Below are positions 46,567 to 56,156 of a DNA stretch of 64,000 nt, one piece after another; positions within the stretch are counted from its first letter, which is position 1; the number at the start of each line of letters is the position of its first letter. The translations under genes and the position numbers were made by a program. This DNA is from Chloroflexota bacterium (lineage in GTDB: Bacteria; Chloroflexota; Dormibacteria; CF-121): the NCBI GenBank assembly GCA_005882045.1, contig VBHO01000010.1, positions 680-64,679 on the forward strand, read 5' to 3'. A model generated the notes under the pieces. It saw only the letters and a list, made by a program, of their open reading frames with translations. It did no database searches and was not told the DNA's origin.

Positions 46567-47030
46567 TACGCGCCCCGCGGCTTGGCCGGCACGGCGTGAA
46601 AGATGCCGTGGAAGACCTGCGGCTGCGCCCGCCGCAAGCGAAGGCAGTCGGCCAGGGTATGCGCGGCGAAGACATCGCGCGCGGCCTGCTCGGCTTTCTC
46701 GGTGACCTGCGCCAGCACGCGGCTGTCTCCGGTCTCCGCTCCGTCCGGCTGGCGGCTCCTCACGCCGTCACCCTCGAGGCAGGCGATGACTTCGTCGAGA
46801 CGGATGTCTTCCGGGCTGCGGGCCAGCACATGTCCGCCGTGCGGGCCGCGGGTCGACTGCACCAGGCCGGCGCGGCGCAGCGTCATCAGCACCTGGTCAA
46901 GGAACGGCCCGGGGATCACCTGCCGGCGCGCGATCTCGCCGCTTTGCAGCGCGCCCTGTCCAGCATTGGCCGCCAGTTCCACGATGGCCCTGACTCCATA
47001 CTCGGTTTTCATCGACAGGCGCATTCGCAC
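46566..47030 (-). CDS. Rrf2-family transcriptional regulator.
   Basis: N-terminal wHTH MRLSMKTEYGVRAIVELA...SGEIARRQVIPGPFLDQVLMTLRRAGLVQSTRGPHGG. First gene of the MoeB-MoeB-MTAP operon. Confidence 0.75.
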   Translation of the reverse strand: MRMRLSMKTEYGVRAIVELAANAGQGALQSGEIARRQVIPGPFLDQVLMTLRRAGLVQSTRGPHGGHVLARSPEDIRLDEVIACLEGDGVRSRQPDGAETGDSRVLAQVTEKAEQAARDVFAAHTLADCLRLRRAQPQVFHGIFHAVPAKPRGA

Positions 47031-47076
47031 TCAGGATCCCTCAATAGTTGATCGGACCAGTCAAGTATAGGAGATT

Positions 47077-47529
47077 TTAGAGGGAAATTCGGAGCGCGAG
47101 CACGACAAAAAGTAGACCGAGGACGACCAGCGGCACGGTGGTCGCAATCAGGCTCAGACTGCGCAACCCGATCGCGCGTCGCTCCTCGTTCGAGGAGCGC
47201 ACCCGACTGCGCAGCACGAAGCCCTCGAACGCGAGCAGCAACGACGACCCGCCGAGCCCGAGCGCCACCATGACGATCGCCCAGATCGTGCTCGGCGTCC
47301 CCTCCTGTTGCGAGAAGGCATTGAAACTGGCGGCCAGCACACCCACGAGCGCGACGAGCACGCCGAGAGGGACGAGCGTGAGGTTGATGAAGCGCATCGA
47401 ACGGCCCGGCTCCGGGCGGCGCGAAAACTGCCAGGCCGAGACCAGCACGAAGGCCATGTAGGCCACGATCACGACGTAGAAAAACAGCGGCGTCAACACT
47501 TCGCCAAAGCTGAGAGCCGCAGGAATCAC
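47077..47529 (-). CDS. Hypothetical 4-TM membrane protein.
   Basis: Hydrophobic helices only, no motif. Confidence 0.45.
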   Translation of the reverse strand: MIPAALSFGEVLTPLFFYVVIVAYMAFVLVSAWQFSRRPEPGRSMRFINLTLVPLGVLVALVGVLAASFNAFSQQEGTPSTIWAIVMVALGLGGSSLLLAFEGFVLRSRVRSSNEERRAIGLRSLSLIATTVPLVVLGLLFVVLALRISL

Positions 47530-47690
47530 GCGATCAATTTAGTCTTTAGCGCCCCTCGGGGCGCCGCCCTTTCGGGCGTAAGCTGCGCCTTGCCGAGTGC
47601 ACCGGGCCCGCCGGCCCACGCGAGCGGCGCTTTAGTGCCAGGCGAGCGTTTGAGGCGTTCGTTGTGCGGCTCGACGCCGCCAATGCGCGG

Positions 47691-48059
47691 TTAGTTCAAT
47701 ATGCGGTAGATGTTGTTGATCACGGCAAACGTCGTGATCCACGCCGCAATCAGGTAGGCGTTCCAAACGGCACTGCTTCGACGCCCGTAGAGGAGCAGAA
47801 ACGCCACCAGCATGCCGACCAGGCCGAGCTTGAGGCCGTAGACGGCCAGCTCCCCGTTGTGGGCGATGATCCAGGCGGCCGCGCCATTGAGCTCCTGGCG
47901 CCCCTGCGAGAGGCCGATGTGGGTGGTGGTCACGTCGAGCAGCTGCGCCGTGCAGAACCCGCCCAGGATGATGGCTTTCTTGCGGGTGGAGACGTCTTTC
48001 TTGCCGAAGATTTTCCCCCGTCTGCTCAGCGCGCTGCCCACGTCCCCAATCCCCAGCAT
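47691..48059 (-). CDS. Hypothetical small membrane protein.
   Basis: 122 aa, 3 hydrophobic segments, no motif. Confidence 0.4.
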   Translation of the reverse strand: MLGIGDVGSALSRRGKIFGKKDVSTRKKAIILGGFCTAQLLDVTTTHIGLSQGRQELNGAAAWIIAHNGELAVYGLKLGLVGMLVAFLLLYGRRSSAVWNAYLIAAWITTFAVINNIYRILN

Positions 48060-48201
48060 GGAAAAACTCTATAGCGGCGTTATCAGAAAAGCAACGTCCA
48101 AGTTGGCGCTTTCTGAATTCCGTGGCCTTCCTTCATCGAACTGCCCGGATTATATGGGCAGTTTTAGGACTCGTCCAGAGCCAAGTTTCGCGACCCTGCG
48201 G

Positions 48202-48777
48202 TCAGCCGGCTTTTTTGCTGTCGCCCATGATCTCGCGACGCCGCGTGAAGAGGTACGGGATGGCGATCAGTAAACCGCCGACGACCAGGACGCCCGCTCC
48301 GATGCGCAGGTATAGCGTCCAGTCCGACGGGGGATCGAGGGCCGGGTCATAGACCGTGCGGGCATTGAGCTTGAAGCTGAGCGCACCCACCGTGCCGGTC
48401 AGGCTCCAGATGCCGACCGTGGTCTCCGCGTGGTTCCAGCGCTGGTCCTCATTGACCGCCGGCAGGCTGGCACAGGGCCAGACGCCGGCCGTTGGCAGAT
48501 GAACCGCGATGGGCGGCCGAGGCGTGGCGGCCTTTGGTTGGGCGGCGAAGCGAAAGGGCTTAGCTGGTTTGCTCATGTCGAAGAGCACGACGTCCTGGCC
48601 GGTCTGGTTCTGGAGGAGCAGGTCGCAACCGCCGGTCGAGCCCTCGATGGTCAGGCCGGGCGTCTTGGGCACGATGGTGTCCACGACCGTCTTGAACGGC
48701 TGATCTTCAGCCAGGGCGCTTGCCGAGAACAACAGCAGGGCGCCCGCGGGGGCAAGGGCCGCAACCAGCCGCTTCAC
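48202..48777 (-). CDS. Hypothetical secreted protein with signal peptide and C-terminal TM anchor.
   Basis: Signal peptide MKRLVAALAPAGALLLFSASALA. C-terminal VLVVGGLLIAIPYLF followed by basic residues. Confidence 0.5.
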   Translation of the reverse strand: MKRLVAALAPAGALLLFSASALAEDQPFKTVVDTIVPKTPGLTIEGSTGGCDLLLQNQTGQDVVLFDMSKPAKPFRFAAQPKAATPRPPIAVHLPTAGVWPCASLPAVNEDQRWNHAETTVGIWSLTGTVGALSFKLNARTVYDPALDPPSDWTLYLRIGAGVLVVGGLLIAIPYLFTRRREIMGDSKKAG

Positions 48778-48860
48778 GAGCCTATAACGCCGATTGGGCC
48801 GATGGCTGGCACCGGTCGTCGGGCGGCGCCCCGGCTAGACTTGGCCCGCAGGAGGGAGAA

Positions 48861-49634
48861 ATGCCCTACGAGTTCGTGCTCACCGAGACCGACGGCGCGG
48901 TGGGGATCGTGAGGATCAACCGGCCGCAGGTCCGCAATGCCCTCAACCCCCAGACTATCGCGGAGCTGGTCGACGCGCTCGAGGCGTTTGATCGCGACGA
49001 CGCCATCCGCTGCATGATCCTGACCGGCGACGACCGAGCCTTTGCGGCCGGCGCCGATATCACCCAGATGGTGGAGGCCAGCGCCGTCGACGTCCTCAGC
49101 GACGACAACTTCGCGCGCTGGACCCGCTTTCGGGCGATCCACAAACCGGTGATCGCCGCCGTCAGCGGCTACGCGCTCGGCGGCGGTTGCGAGCTGGCCC
49201 TGATGTGCGACCTGGTGGTGGCGTCAGAGACCGCCCAGTTCGGCCAGCCGGAGGTGAAGATCGGGATCATCCCGGGCGCCGGCGGCACCCAGCGATGGGC
49301 ACGGTCGGCCGGAAAAGTCCGGGCCATGGAGGCGGTGTTGACCGGCGAACCGGTGAACGCGGCGGATGCGGAACGGCTCGGTCTCGTCAACCGCGTCGTT
49401 CCGGCCGGGGCCCACCTGGATGAGGCACTCCGGTTGGCGAAGGTGATTGCGCAACGCCCGCCGCTGGCGGTTCGCCTTGGAAAGGAAGCCGTCAATCATG
49501 CGATGGAGGTGGGGCTCTCGGCCGGCCTCGACTTCGAGCGCAAGCTCTTCTACCTGCTGTTCGCCTCCGATGACAAACGCGAGGGGATGCGCGCCTTTCT
49601 CGAGAAGCGCCCCGGTCGGTTCACCGGTCGATGA
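48861..49634 (+). CDS. Enoyl-CoA hydratase/isomerase (crotonase family).
   Basis: VRINRPQVRNALN...AFAAGADI...AAVSGYALGGGCELALMCD. SD GGAGGGAGAA precedes the ATG. Confidence 0.85.
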   Translation: MPYEFVLTETDGAVGIVRINRPQVRNALNPQTIAELVDALEAFDRDDAIRCMILTGDDRAFAAGADITQMVEASAVDVLSDDNFARWTRFRAIHKPVIAAVSGYALGGGCELALMCDLVVASETAQFGQPEVKIGIIPGAGGTQRWARSAGKVRAMEAVLTGEPVNAADAERLGLVNRVVPAGAHLDEALRLAKVIAQRPPLAVRLGKEAVNHAMEVGLSAGLDFERKLFYLLFASDDKREGMRAFLEKRPGRFTGR

Positions 49635-50434
49635 GCGAGGTCATCCTCAGTACCCTTGACGCCGGCGTCCTGACGCTCACACTCAACCGGCCCGCGGCGC
49701 TCAACGCCCTCAATCGCGAGCTGACCAGCGCGCTGCGCGACGGCGTGGAGGCGGCGGCTCGTGATCTCGGGGTGGGCGCGGTGATCATCACCGGGGCCGG
49801 CCGCGCTTTTTGCGCCGGCGCCGACCTCAAGGATGTGGTGGCGCGACGCGAGGCCGGCGAGCGCGATCTCGGCGAGGACCTGCGCACGAACTACGCGCCG
49901 ATGATCCGAGCCATCCGAGCCTGTCCCAAGCCGGTGATCGCCGCCCTAAACGGAACCGCGGCCGGTGCGGGCCTCAGCCTGGCGCTTGCCTGCGACCTGC
50001 GGATCGCGGCCGCCGGCACCCCGTTGATCGTGGTCTTCGTGCGCGTCGGCCTGGTCCCCGATGCTGGCAGCCTCTTCTTCCTTACGCGCATGCTCGGTTT
50101 GAGCAAGGCGACCGAGCTCGCCCTGTCAGGCGATCCGCTGACGGCGGAAGACGCCCACATGCTCGGCCTGGTTGCGGCGGTCGTCCCGCCGGAGCAGCTG
50201 ATGGCGGCGGCATTGGAACGCGCCCGGCGCCTTAACGACGGGCCGCGCCAGACCTACGCCCTGATCAAGCACGGCCTGGAGCGCGCGCTCGACCTCGACC
50301 TCGAGCAGGCGATGGAACTCGAGTCACAGCTGCAGTCGCTGGCTGCAGAAACGCCGGACGCGAAGGAAGCGATCCAGGCGTTCCTGGAGAAACGAAAGCC
50401 GCAGTTCGGCCGCGGGGAGGTCGCTAACCCCTAA
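49631..50434 (+). CDS. Enoyl-CoA hydratase/isomerase (crotonase family), tandem paralog.
   Basis: LTLNRPAALNALN...AFCAGADL...AALNGTAAGAGLSLALACD. ATGA-coupled to the upstream paralog. Confidence 0.85.
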   Translation: MSEVILSTLDAGVLTLTLNRPAALNALNRELTSALRDGVEAAARDLGVGAVIITGAGRAFCAGADLKDVVARREAGERDLGEDLRTNYAPMIRAIRACPKPVIAALNGTAAGAGLSLALACDLRIAAAGTPLIVVFVRVGLVPDAGSLFFLTRMLGLSKATELALSGDPLTAEDAHMLGLVAAVVPPEQLMAAALERARRLNDGPRQTYALIKHGLERALDLDLEQAMELESQLQSLAAETPDAKEAIQAFLEKRKPQFGRGEVANP

Positions 50435-50470
50435 AAAGAAAGAGCGGCGGTGTTACCCGCCGCTCTCACT
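50431..50470. terminator. Bidirectional intrinsic terminator between convergent genes (stronger for the minus-strand MgtC gene).
   Basis: AAAAAGAAAG-AGAGCGGCGG-TGTTAC-CCGCCGCTCT. Perfect 10-bp stem. The A-tract on the plus strand becomes a U-tract for the minus transcript. Confidence 0.6.
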
Positions 50471-50523
50471 TAAATCAACTAATGCCATGGGCACCACCTC
50501 CCAGTTCTTAGGGAGAAATTGTA

Positions 50524-51204
50524 TCAATTCCCGGCGCGAACGCGGTCTTCGATGAGGTCGCGCGAAATGAGGACCTGGCGCGCCCCCTGCACGGCGCGGA
50601 GCTGACGCAGCAGCTCGGCGGTCGTCCGGTTGGCGGGCAGGCCGACGTCGATCTCGAGCCGATCGTCGGTTTCGTTGAGCTCGTGAATGCGGATCGCAAG
50701 CGGAAAGGCGCCGATCGCGGCGAGCGCTGCCCGCAGCTCTTCGATCTCACCATCGCCGCGGGGGACGATGACGCTGACCTGGGCCTCGCTTGGCCGCTTG
50801 AAGAAGCGTTTTTCGATCGGCTTCAACACCATCAGCACGCCCAGGATCAAGAGCGTGGTGAAGGCGGCCTCGAAGTATTGTGCCGTGCCGGCCGCCATGC
50901 CGATGGCCGCCACCGTCCAGATGGTCGCGGCGGTCGTCAGCCCTCGCACCAGGTCCTTGCGAAGAAAGATCGTCCCCGCGCCAAGGAAACCGATGCCGGT
51001 GACGATCTGGGCGGCCACCCGTGATGGGTCCGTGTTGGGGAAGCCGTAGGCGCCGATGATGGTGAAGAGGCACGATCCGAGCGACACCATGGTCACGGTC
51101 CGTAGCCCGGCCGCTCGCTCCTGGCGCTCGCGCTCCAGGCCGACGATGGCGCCCAAGGTCAGCGCCACCACCAGGCGCAGCATCAGGTCGGCGGCATTTG
51201 GCAC
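50524..51204 (-). CDS. mgtC: MgtC/SapB-family membrane protein.
   Basis: LRLVVALTLGAIVGLERERQERAAGLRT...GIGFLGAGTIF is the MgtC signature. C-terminal ACT-like soluble domain. Confidence 0.8.
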   Translation of the reverse strand: MPNAADLMLRLVVALTLGAIVGLERERQERAAGLRTVTMVSLGSCLFTIIGAYGFPNTDPSRVAAQIVTGIGFLGAGTIFLRKDLVRGLTTAATIWTVAAIGMAAGTAQYFEAAFTTLLILGVLMVLKPIEKRFFKRPSEAQVSVIVPRGDGEIEELRAALAAIGAFPLAIRIHELNETDDRLEIDVGLPANRTTAELLRQLRAVQGARQVLISRDLIEDRVRAGN

Positions 51205-51248
51205 GGCGCTATGGTACTGCCGCGCGCCTGCCGGTGACGGAAAAGGTC

Positions 51249-51629
51249 TTAGGCGGCGCTAAAGAGCGTGTTGTCGAACCCCTGGACGTCGGCGTCGGGT
51301 GACGGACCGTGACGCTCGGTGAAGAGCGCTTCCTCGACGGCAAACAGGGCATCCATCAGCTTCGAGATCCCGACCTTGACCTTGATGTTGCCCAGGTCCT
51401 CGGCGAGCGACTGCATCGGACCCACCAGCCGAAGGATCTCCTCCAGCCGCGGCTCGTACGACATCGGAACCCGCTTGAAGCCTTTGAGGTTGAGCTCCTC
51501 GAGCTCTTGCAGCAACCGGTCGATCAGCTGCACCGGACGGCGAATCTGGTCCTGCCGGGCCTTGAGGTCCTTGGACTGGCGCTCGGCATCGCGGATGTAG
51601 GCATTGGTCTGGGCAAGCAAACCTGTCAT
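51249..51629 (-). CDS. Hypothetical protein.
   Basis: 126-aa ORF, charged/helical, no motif recognised. Confidence 0.4.
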   Translation of the reverse strand: MTGLLAQTNAYIRDAERQSKDLKARQDQIRRPVQLIDRLLQELEELNLKGFKRVPMSYEPRLEEILRLVGPMQSLAEDLGNIKVKVGISKLMDALFAVEEALFTERHGPSPDADVQGFDNTLFSAA

Positions 51630-51760
51630 CGATGACCCCTCATTTCATGGCGGTGAAAATCCACGTCGACTTCGCAAACCGAATCGGCCCGGCGTTTATT
51701 CCCGGAATTCGAACCAACCTGGGGGCGGCGTCCGGGAGGCAGCCGTAGACTTTCGGTGAC

Positions 51761-53647
51761 ATGCCACTGCTCCGCGTCGACCGCCTCGCCGTGTTGTACG
51801 GCGCTACCGAGGTATTGCGCGACCTGAGCTTCCAGGTCGAGCCCCGGCAGCGGCTTGGGATCGTCGGCGCTAACGGCAGTGGAAAGTCGAGCCTCCTCAA
51901 GGCGATCTCCGGGGAAATCATCCCCACTGCCGGCTCGCTGACGCTCGCGCCGCGCGCCCGAACCGCTTACCTGGCGCAGGAGATCGAAGCTAGTCCGCAC
52001 GAAAGTGTTTACGAGGACGCGCTACACAGCCGGCCCGACATCATGGGCCGGCGCAGCCGGCTGACCGAGCTCGAGACCGCCATGGCAAAAGTCAGCGGCG
52101 CCGAGCTGACCGCGCTGGTCGAGAACTACGGCGACGTCCAGCACGAGTACGAGCGCCTCGACGGCTATGCCTACGACAACCGGGTCGCCGAGGTGCTCCA
52201 CGGGGTTGGCCTGACCGAGGCGGACCAGGCGCTGCCGCCGAGTGCGCTCAGCGGCGGACAGCGACGTCGCCTGGCGCTGGCCCGATTGCTACTCCAGGAC
52301 GCCGACCTGCTGCTGCTGGACGAGCCGACCAACCACCTCGACCTCGAGGCCATCGAGTGGCTGGAGGAATTCCTTCGGCTCTCCCGCGCCGGCATGCTGA
52401 TCGTCTCGCACGATCGCCGCTTTCTGGAGCGTACTGCCGATGACATCCTCGAGCTGCAGGGCGGATCGGGCGAGTGGTATCCGGGCAACTACCGTCAGTA
52501 CCTTCGGCTGCGCCGCGAGCGCCGGGCCGTGCGCCAGAAGGAGTACGACGCCCAACAGGATTACATCGCTCGGACCGAGGAGTTCATCCGTCGCTACAAA
52601 GCCGGGCAGCGGGCCCGCGAGGCGCGTGGCCGGCAGACCAAGCTCGATCGTCTCGACCGGGTCGCTCCACCCTCGGACGATCAGCAGATCCGAATCCGGC
52701 TGCGTGCCTCGAGCACCAGCGACCTGATCTTTCAGAGCGACGGGCTCACGCTCGCATACCCTTCCCCTTCTGGAAAGGGATCCGCCTGGCAGCTCGCCAT
52801 GCCCGCCTTCACCATCAACGCCGGAGAGCGGGTTGCCATCGTCGGGCCCAATGGCTCCGGCAAAACCAGCCTGCTCAAGGCGTTGCTCGGCGAACTTCGC
52901 CCGCTCAAGGGCCGTGTGAAGACCGGGCCGCGGGTCACGATGCGCTATTACGACCAGCACCTGGCCGACCTCGATCCCAACAAGACCGTGTTGACCGAGT
53001 TGCAGGACGCCTTCGGTCTGCCCGAGGAAACCCTGCGTACTTTCCTCGGGCGCTTGCTCTTCCGGGGCGAGGACGCCTTCAAGGTAATCCGGTCATTGAG
53101 CGGTGGCGAGAAGAGCCGCGTGGCGCTCGCGAAGCTCATGCTCGACGACGCCGGATTGCTGCTGCTGGACGAGCCCACCAACCATCTCGACATCCCCGCC
53201 CAGGAAATGCTCGAGGAAGCGCTGCAGGACTTCGAGGGCACCATCGTCTTCGTCTCGCACGACCGCTATTTCATCGACGACATCGCCACCCGGCTGTGGG
53301 TGGTCGACTGGGGCAGGGTCACAACGCACCTCGGCAACTACACCGACCTCGAGCGGTCGCGCCAGCGTGCCGGCCGGCTCGTGGTGGCCGCCGAGCCCGA
53401 GCCCGTGCCTCGCCGCGACCGCCGCCGAGAGGCGGGCGCGGCGGCCCGACCGGTCGCTCCTGCCGCCGGCGTCGAGCAGCGGATCGGCGAGCTCGAGGCC
53501 GAGATCCGACGGCTCGAGGAGCAACTCGCCGACCATCAGACCTATGACGACCCGGCCCGGGTGACACAGCTCGCGCAGGCGCACGAAGACGCCTCTCGGC
53601 GGCTGCGCGCGCTCTACCAGGAATGGGAGCAAGCCGCCGGCGAATAG
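51761..53647 (+). CDS. ABC-F family ATPase (two ABC domains, no TMD; translation-factor/antibiotic-resistance-type), with C-terminal coiled-coil.
   Basis: Two Walker A sites (GANGSGKSS, GPNGSGKTS), two signatures (LSGGQRRRLALARLL, LSGGEKSRVALAKLM). C-terminal ELEAEIRRLEEQL. Confidence 0.85.
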   Translation: MPLLRVDRLAVLYGATEVLRDLSFQVEPRQRLGIVGANGSGKSSLLKAISGEIIPTAGSLTLAPRARTAYLAQEIEASPHESVYEDALHSRPDIMGRRSRLTELETAMAKVSGAELTALVENYGDVQHEYERLDGYAYDNRVAEVLHGVGLTEADQALPPSALSGGQRRRLALARLLLQDADLLLLDEPTNHLDLEAIEWLEEFLRLSRAGMLIVSHDRRFLERTADDILELQGGSGEWYPGNYRQYLRLRRERRAVRQKEYDAQQDYIARTEEFIRRYKAGQRAREARGRQTKLDRLDRVAPPSDDQQIRIRLRASSTSDLIFQSDGLTLAYPSPSGKGSAWQLAMPAFTINAGERVAIVGPNGSGKTSLLKALLGELRPLKGRVKTGPRVTMRYYDQHLADLDPNKTVLTELQDAFGLPEETLRTFLGRLLFRGEDAFKVIRSLSGGEKSRVALAKLMLDDAGLLLLDEPTNHLDIPAQEMLEEALQDFEGTIVFVSHDRYFIDDIATRLWVVDWGRVTTHLGNYTDLERSRQRAGRLVVAAEPEPVPRRDRRREAGAAARPVAPAAGVEQRIGELEAEIRRLEEQLADHQTYDDPARVTQLAQAHEDASRRLRALYQEWEQAAGE

Positions 53648-54351
53648 ACCGGCGCCTGAGCGCGTCGGCCGCGCCGCTTGGCCCGGTGGCGAGCAACGAC
53701 CACCCGCTGCTCATCCCCGGGGTGTCGATTGCCTACGCGGCGACGATCGCCGCCGGAGTGCTGGCGGTCGACCAGCTGGCCGAGTACATGCCCGGGCCAT
53801 GGGTCGACGTCCTGGGTGCGGCCCTGCTTCTCGTCTCCGCCATGACGATCGTGGTCTGGCTCCGCGCCGGCTGGCGGCGGCGGCGAGAAGGGCTGGGCCG
53901 CCGGGCCCTGCTCTGGGCGGGCGGCGCCATCGGGCCCGCGGTGCTGGCGGTGTTCGCCGTCCTGGTGCTGGTTCAGAACGCGCAGATCGCGTCCGAGATC
54001 AGCGGTGCCGATGTCCGCCTGACCCGCCCGCTGATCGAGTCCCTGCCTCGGCCACCGGGCACCCAGTTGGTCGACCAGCGGCCGGGGCTCGCCGACACCG
54101 AGAGCATCTCCGAGGACTTCAGTGCCCAGGACCTGAACAGCATCGTTCCCTTCTACGAAGCCAAGCTGGCGAAGGACGCGTGGGTCGAGGACAAAGCCTC
54201 GGCGACGACGTCGATCGTCTGGTTCACCAAGGGTGCCTACCTTCTGTCCGTGGCGATCGACGCACCCTCGAGCAGCTACACGCTGACCCTGGACCGCATC
54301 AACCCGAACCTCGAGGGGTCACCCTCTCCTTCGGTCAGCCCCACGCCGTGA
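53623..54351 (+). CDS. Hypothetical membrane protein (start uncertain).
   Basis: Two or three hydrophobic helices followed by a soluble C-terminal region. Overlaps the ABC-F 3' end, so the true start is probably an internal Met. Confidence 0.35.
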   Translation: MGASRRRIDRRLSASAAPLGPVASNDHPLLIPGVSIAYAATIAAGVLAVDQLAEYMPGPWVDVLGAALLLVSAMTIVVWLRAGWRRRREGLGRRALLWAGGAIGPAVLAVFAVLVLVQNAQIASEISGADVRLTRPLIESLPRPPGTQLVDQRPGLADTESISEDFSAQDLNSIVPFYEAKLAKDAWVEDKASATTSIVWFTKGAYLLSVAIDAPSSSYTLTLDRINPNLEGSPSPSVSPTP

Positions 54352-54477
54352 CCGCATTGGGCGGGCTGCACAAAAAGGTGGTCCGCAACTCGTCGTTCCG
54401 GACCGATGACGCGGCCGGCAGCCGCCCCTAGGATCGAGACAGTCGGATCACTGCGTTCACACGGAGGGAAACTCTTT

Positions 54478-55935
54478 ATGGCGATTGATCAGGGCGTGCG
54501 CTCGAAAAAGGAAACCAAGGCAGATGCCCAATCCGTCATCGATCTCGCCCACAAGCAGGGGTTGAAGATCGTCGACCTCAAGTTCATCGACTTGATTGGG
54601 ACCTGGCAGCACTTCTCGATTCCCGTTCAGGAGCTGTCCAGGGACCTCTTCAGCGAGGGCATCGGCTTTGACGGCTCCAGCATTCGCGGCTTCCAGCACA
54701 TCCACGAGAGCGACATGCTGCTGATCCCGGATCCGTCGACGGCGAAGGTCGACCCGGTGCTGAAGGTGCCGACACTGACCATCAACTGCGACGTGATCGA
54801 CCCGATCACCCGCGAGCCTTATTCTCGCGATCCGCGCTACGTCGGCAAGAAGGCGGAGGCCTTCCTACTCTCCACCGGGATCGCCGACACCAGCTTCTTC
54901 GGCCCGGAATTGGAGTTCTACATCTTCAATAGCATGCGGTTCGACCAGAACCAGTTCTCGGGCATGTACGAGATCGACTCGGTGGAAGGCGTCTGGAACT
55001 CGGGCAAGAACTCCGAGCCGAACCAGGCCTACCGGCCGCGCTACAAGGAAGGCTATTTCCCGGTGCCACCGACTGACAAGCTGCAGGACCTTCGTTCGCA
55101 GATCGTCCTCAAGCTGATCGAGGCGGGCGTCGACGTCGAGGTCCATCACCATGAGGTCGGGACCGCCGGCCAGACCGAGATCGACATGCGCTACGACACG
55201 CTGGTCAACATGGCCGACAAAGTGATGATGTACAAGTACGTCGTCAAGAACGTCTGTGCCCAGAACGGGTTCGTGGCGACGTTCATGCCCAAGCCGCTCT
55301 TCATGGACAACGGGTCGGGGATGCACACACACCAGAGCCTCTGGAAGGATGGCATGCCGCTGTTCTATGACAAGGCCGGTTATGCGGGCATCAGCGACAT
55401 GTGCCGCTGGTACATCGGCGGCCTGCTCAAGCACGCGCCGTCGCTGCTCGCCTTTGCCGCGCCGACCACCAACTCGTACCGCCGTCTGGTGCCCGGATAT
55501 GAAGCGCCCATCAACCTGATCTATTCGAAGCGCAACCGCAGCGCGTGCGTGCGCATCCCGATGTATTTCGATAACCCCAAGGCCAAGCGACTCGAGTTCC
55601 GGACGCCCGACCCGTCGTGCAACCCGTACCTCTCGTTTGCCGCCTGCCTGATGGCCGGCCTCGACGGGGTCATCAACAGGATCGAGCCGCCCAAGCCGAT
55701 CGACGAAGATCTGTACGAGCTGGAGCCCGAGCTGAAGCGCCAGGTGAAGAGCACGCCCGGCTCGCTGGTCGAAGTCCTCGATGCGCTGGAGATCGACAAC
55801 GATTACCTGACCCGGGGTGGGGTGTTCACCACCGACCTGATCGAAACCTGGATCGACTACAAGCGCGTGCGCGAGGTCGATCAGGTGGCGCTCCGGCCGC
55901 ATCCCTGGGAGTTCTACCTCTACCACGACATCTAG
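54478..55935 (+). CDS. glnA: Glutamine synthetase, type I.
   Basis: DLKFIDLIGTWQHFSIP (beta-grasp N-domain), GPELEFYIFN, MPKPLFMDNGSGMHTHQSLW, NSYRRLVPGYEAP, and possible adenylylation-loop Tyr (DEDLYELEPE). SD GGAGGGAA precedes the ATG. Confidence 0.9.
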   Translation: MAIDQGVRSKKETKADAQSVIDLAHKQGLKIVDLKFIDLIGTWQHFSIPVQELSRDLFSEGIGFDGSSIRGFQHIHESDMLLIPDPSTAKVDPVLKVPTLTINCDVIDPITREPYSRDPRYVGKKAEAFLLSTGIADTSFFGPELEFYIFNSMRFDQNQFSGMYEIDSVEGVWNSGKNSEPNQAYRPRYKEGYFPVPPTDKLQDLRSQIVLKLIEAGVDVEVHHHEVGTAGQTEIDMRYDTLVNMADKVMMYKYVVKNVCAQNGFVATFMPKPLFMDNGSGMHTHQSLWKDGMPLFYDKAGYAGISDMCRWYIGGLLKHAPSLLAFAAPTTNSYRRLVPGYEAPINLIYSKRNRSACVRIPMYFDNPKAKRLEFRTPDPSCNPYLSFAACLMAGLDGVINRIEPPKPIDEDLYELEPELKRQVKSTPGSLVEVLDALEIDNDYLTRGGVFTTDLIETWIDYKRVREVDQVALRPHPWEFYLYHDI

Positions 55936-55968
55936 TTCGCGTCGCTGAATCCGTTCGTCCGACCGTGA

Positions 55969-56004
55969 GGCGGTTGCCACTCGCCCTGGCAACCGCCTTT
56001 ATCG
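55969..56004 (+). terminator. Terminator-like hairpin downstream of glnA.
   Basis: GGCGGTTGCC-ACTCGCCCT-GGCAACCGCC (10-bp stem) followed by TTTATCG. Confidence 0.45.
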
Positions 56005-56027
56005 ACCATAAGAAGAGGAGCAACGTC

Positions 56028-56156
56028 ATGGAGCAACCAGCAGAGAGAGACAAGCCCTGGCGACCCGGTGACCACCCGCGGCCGGGCCCGTCCTGGGGCG
56101 AGGACGATCGCCCACGGACGGACGTGCCCACGGAGGCCCCCAACGGCGAAGACTGA
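56028..56156 (+). CDS. Candidate small ORF (42 aa, Pro/Asp/Glu-rich) with a strong SD; alternatively the SD serves the downstream GS paralog.
   Basis: AAGAAGAGGAG then 8 nt then ATG. Translation MEQPAERDKPWRPGDHPRPGPSWGEDDRPRTDVPTEAPNGED. Overlaps the annotated start of the second GS in another frame. Confidence 0.3.
   Translation: MEQPAERDKPWRPGDHPRPGPSWGEDDRPRTDVPTEAPNGED

Noticed and set aside
47530-47690. Two adjacent GC hairpins (GCGCCCCTCGGGGCGC and CGCCCTTTCGGGCG) between two small membrane-protein genes
   Set aside because: Neither is followed by a T or U-tract on either strand. It could be an RNA structure or REP-like element, but a single copy in the window gives no repeat evidence.
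54440-54480. GTTCAC-N6-GGAAAC resembling an actinobacterial GlnR box upstream of glnA
   Set aside because: The right half-site is part of the GGAGGGAA Shine-Dalgarno. A single half-matching site cannot be distinguished from chance, so it is not reported as a feature.
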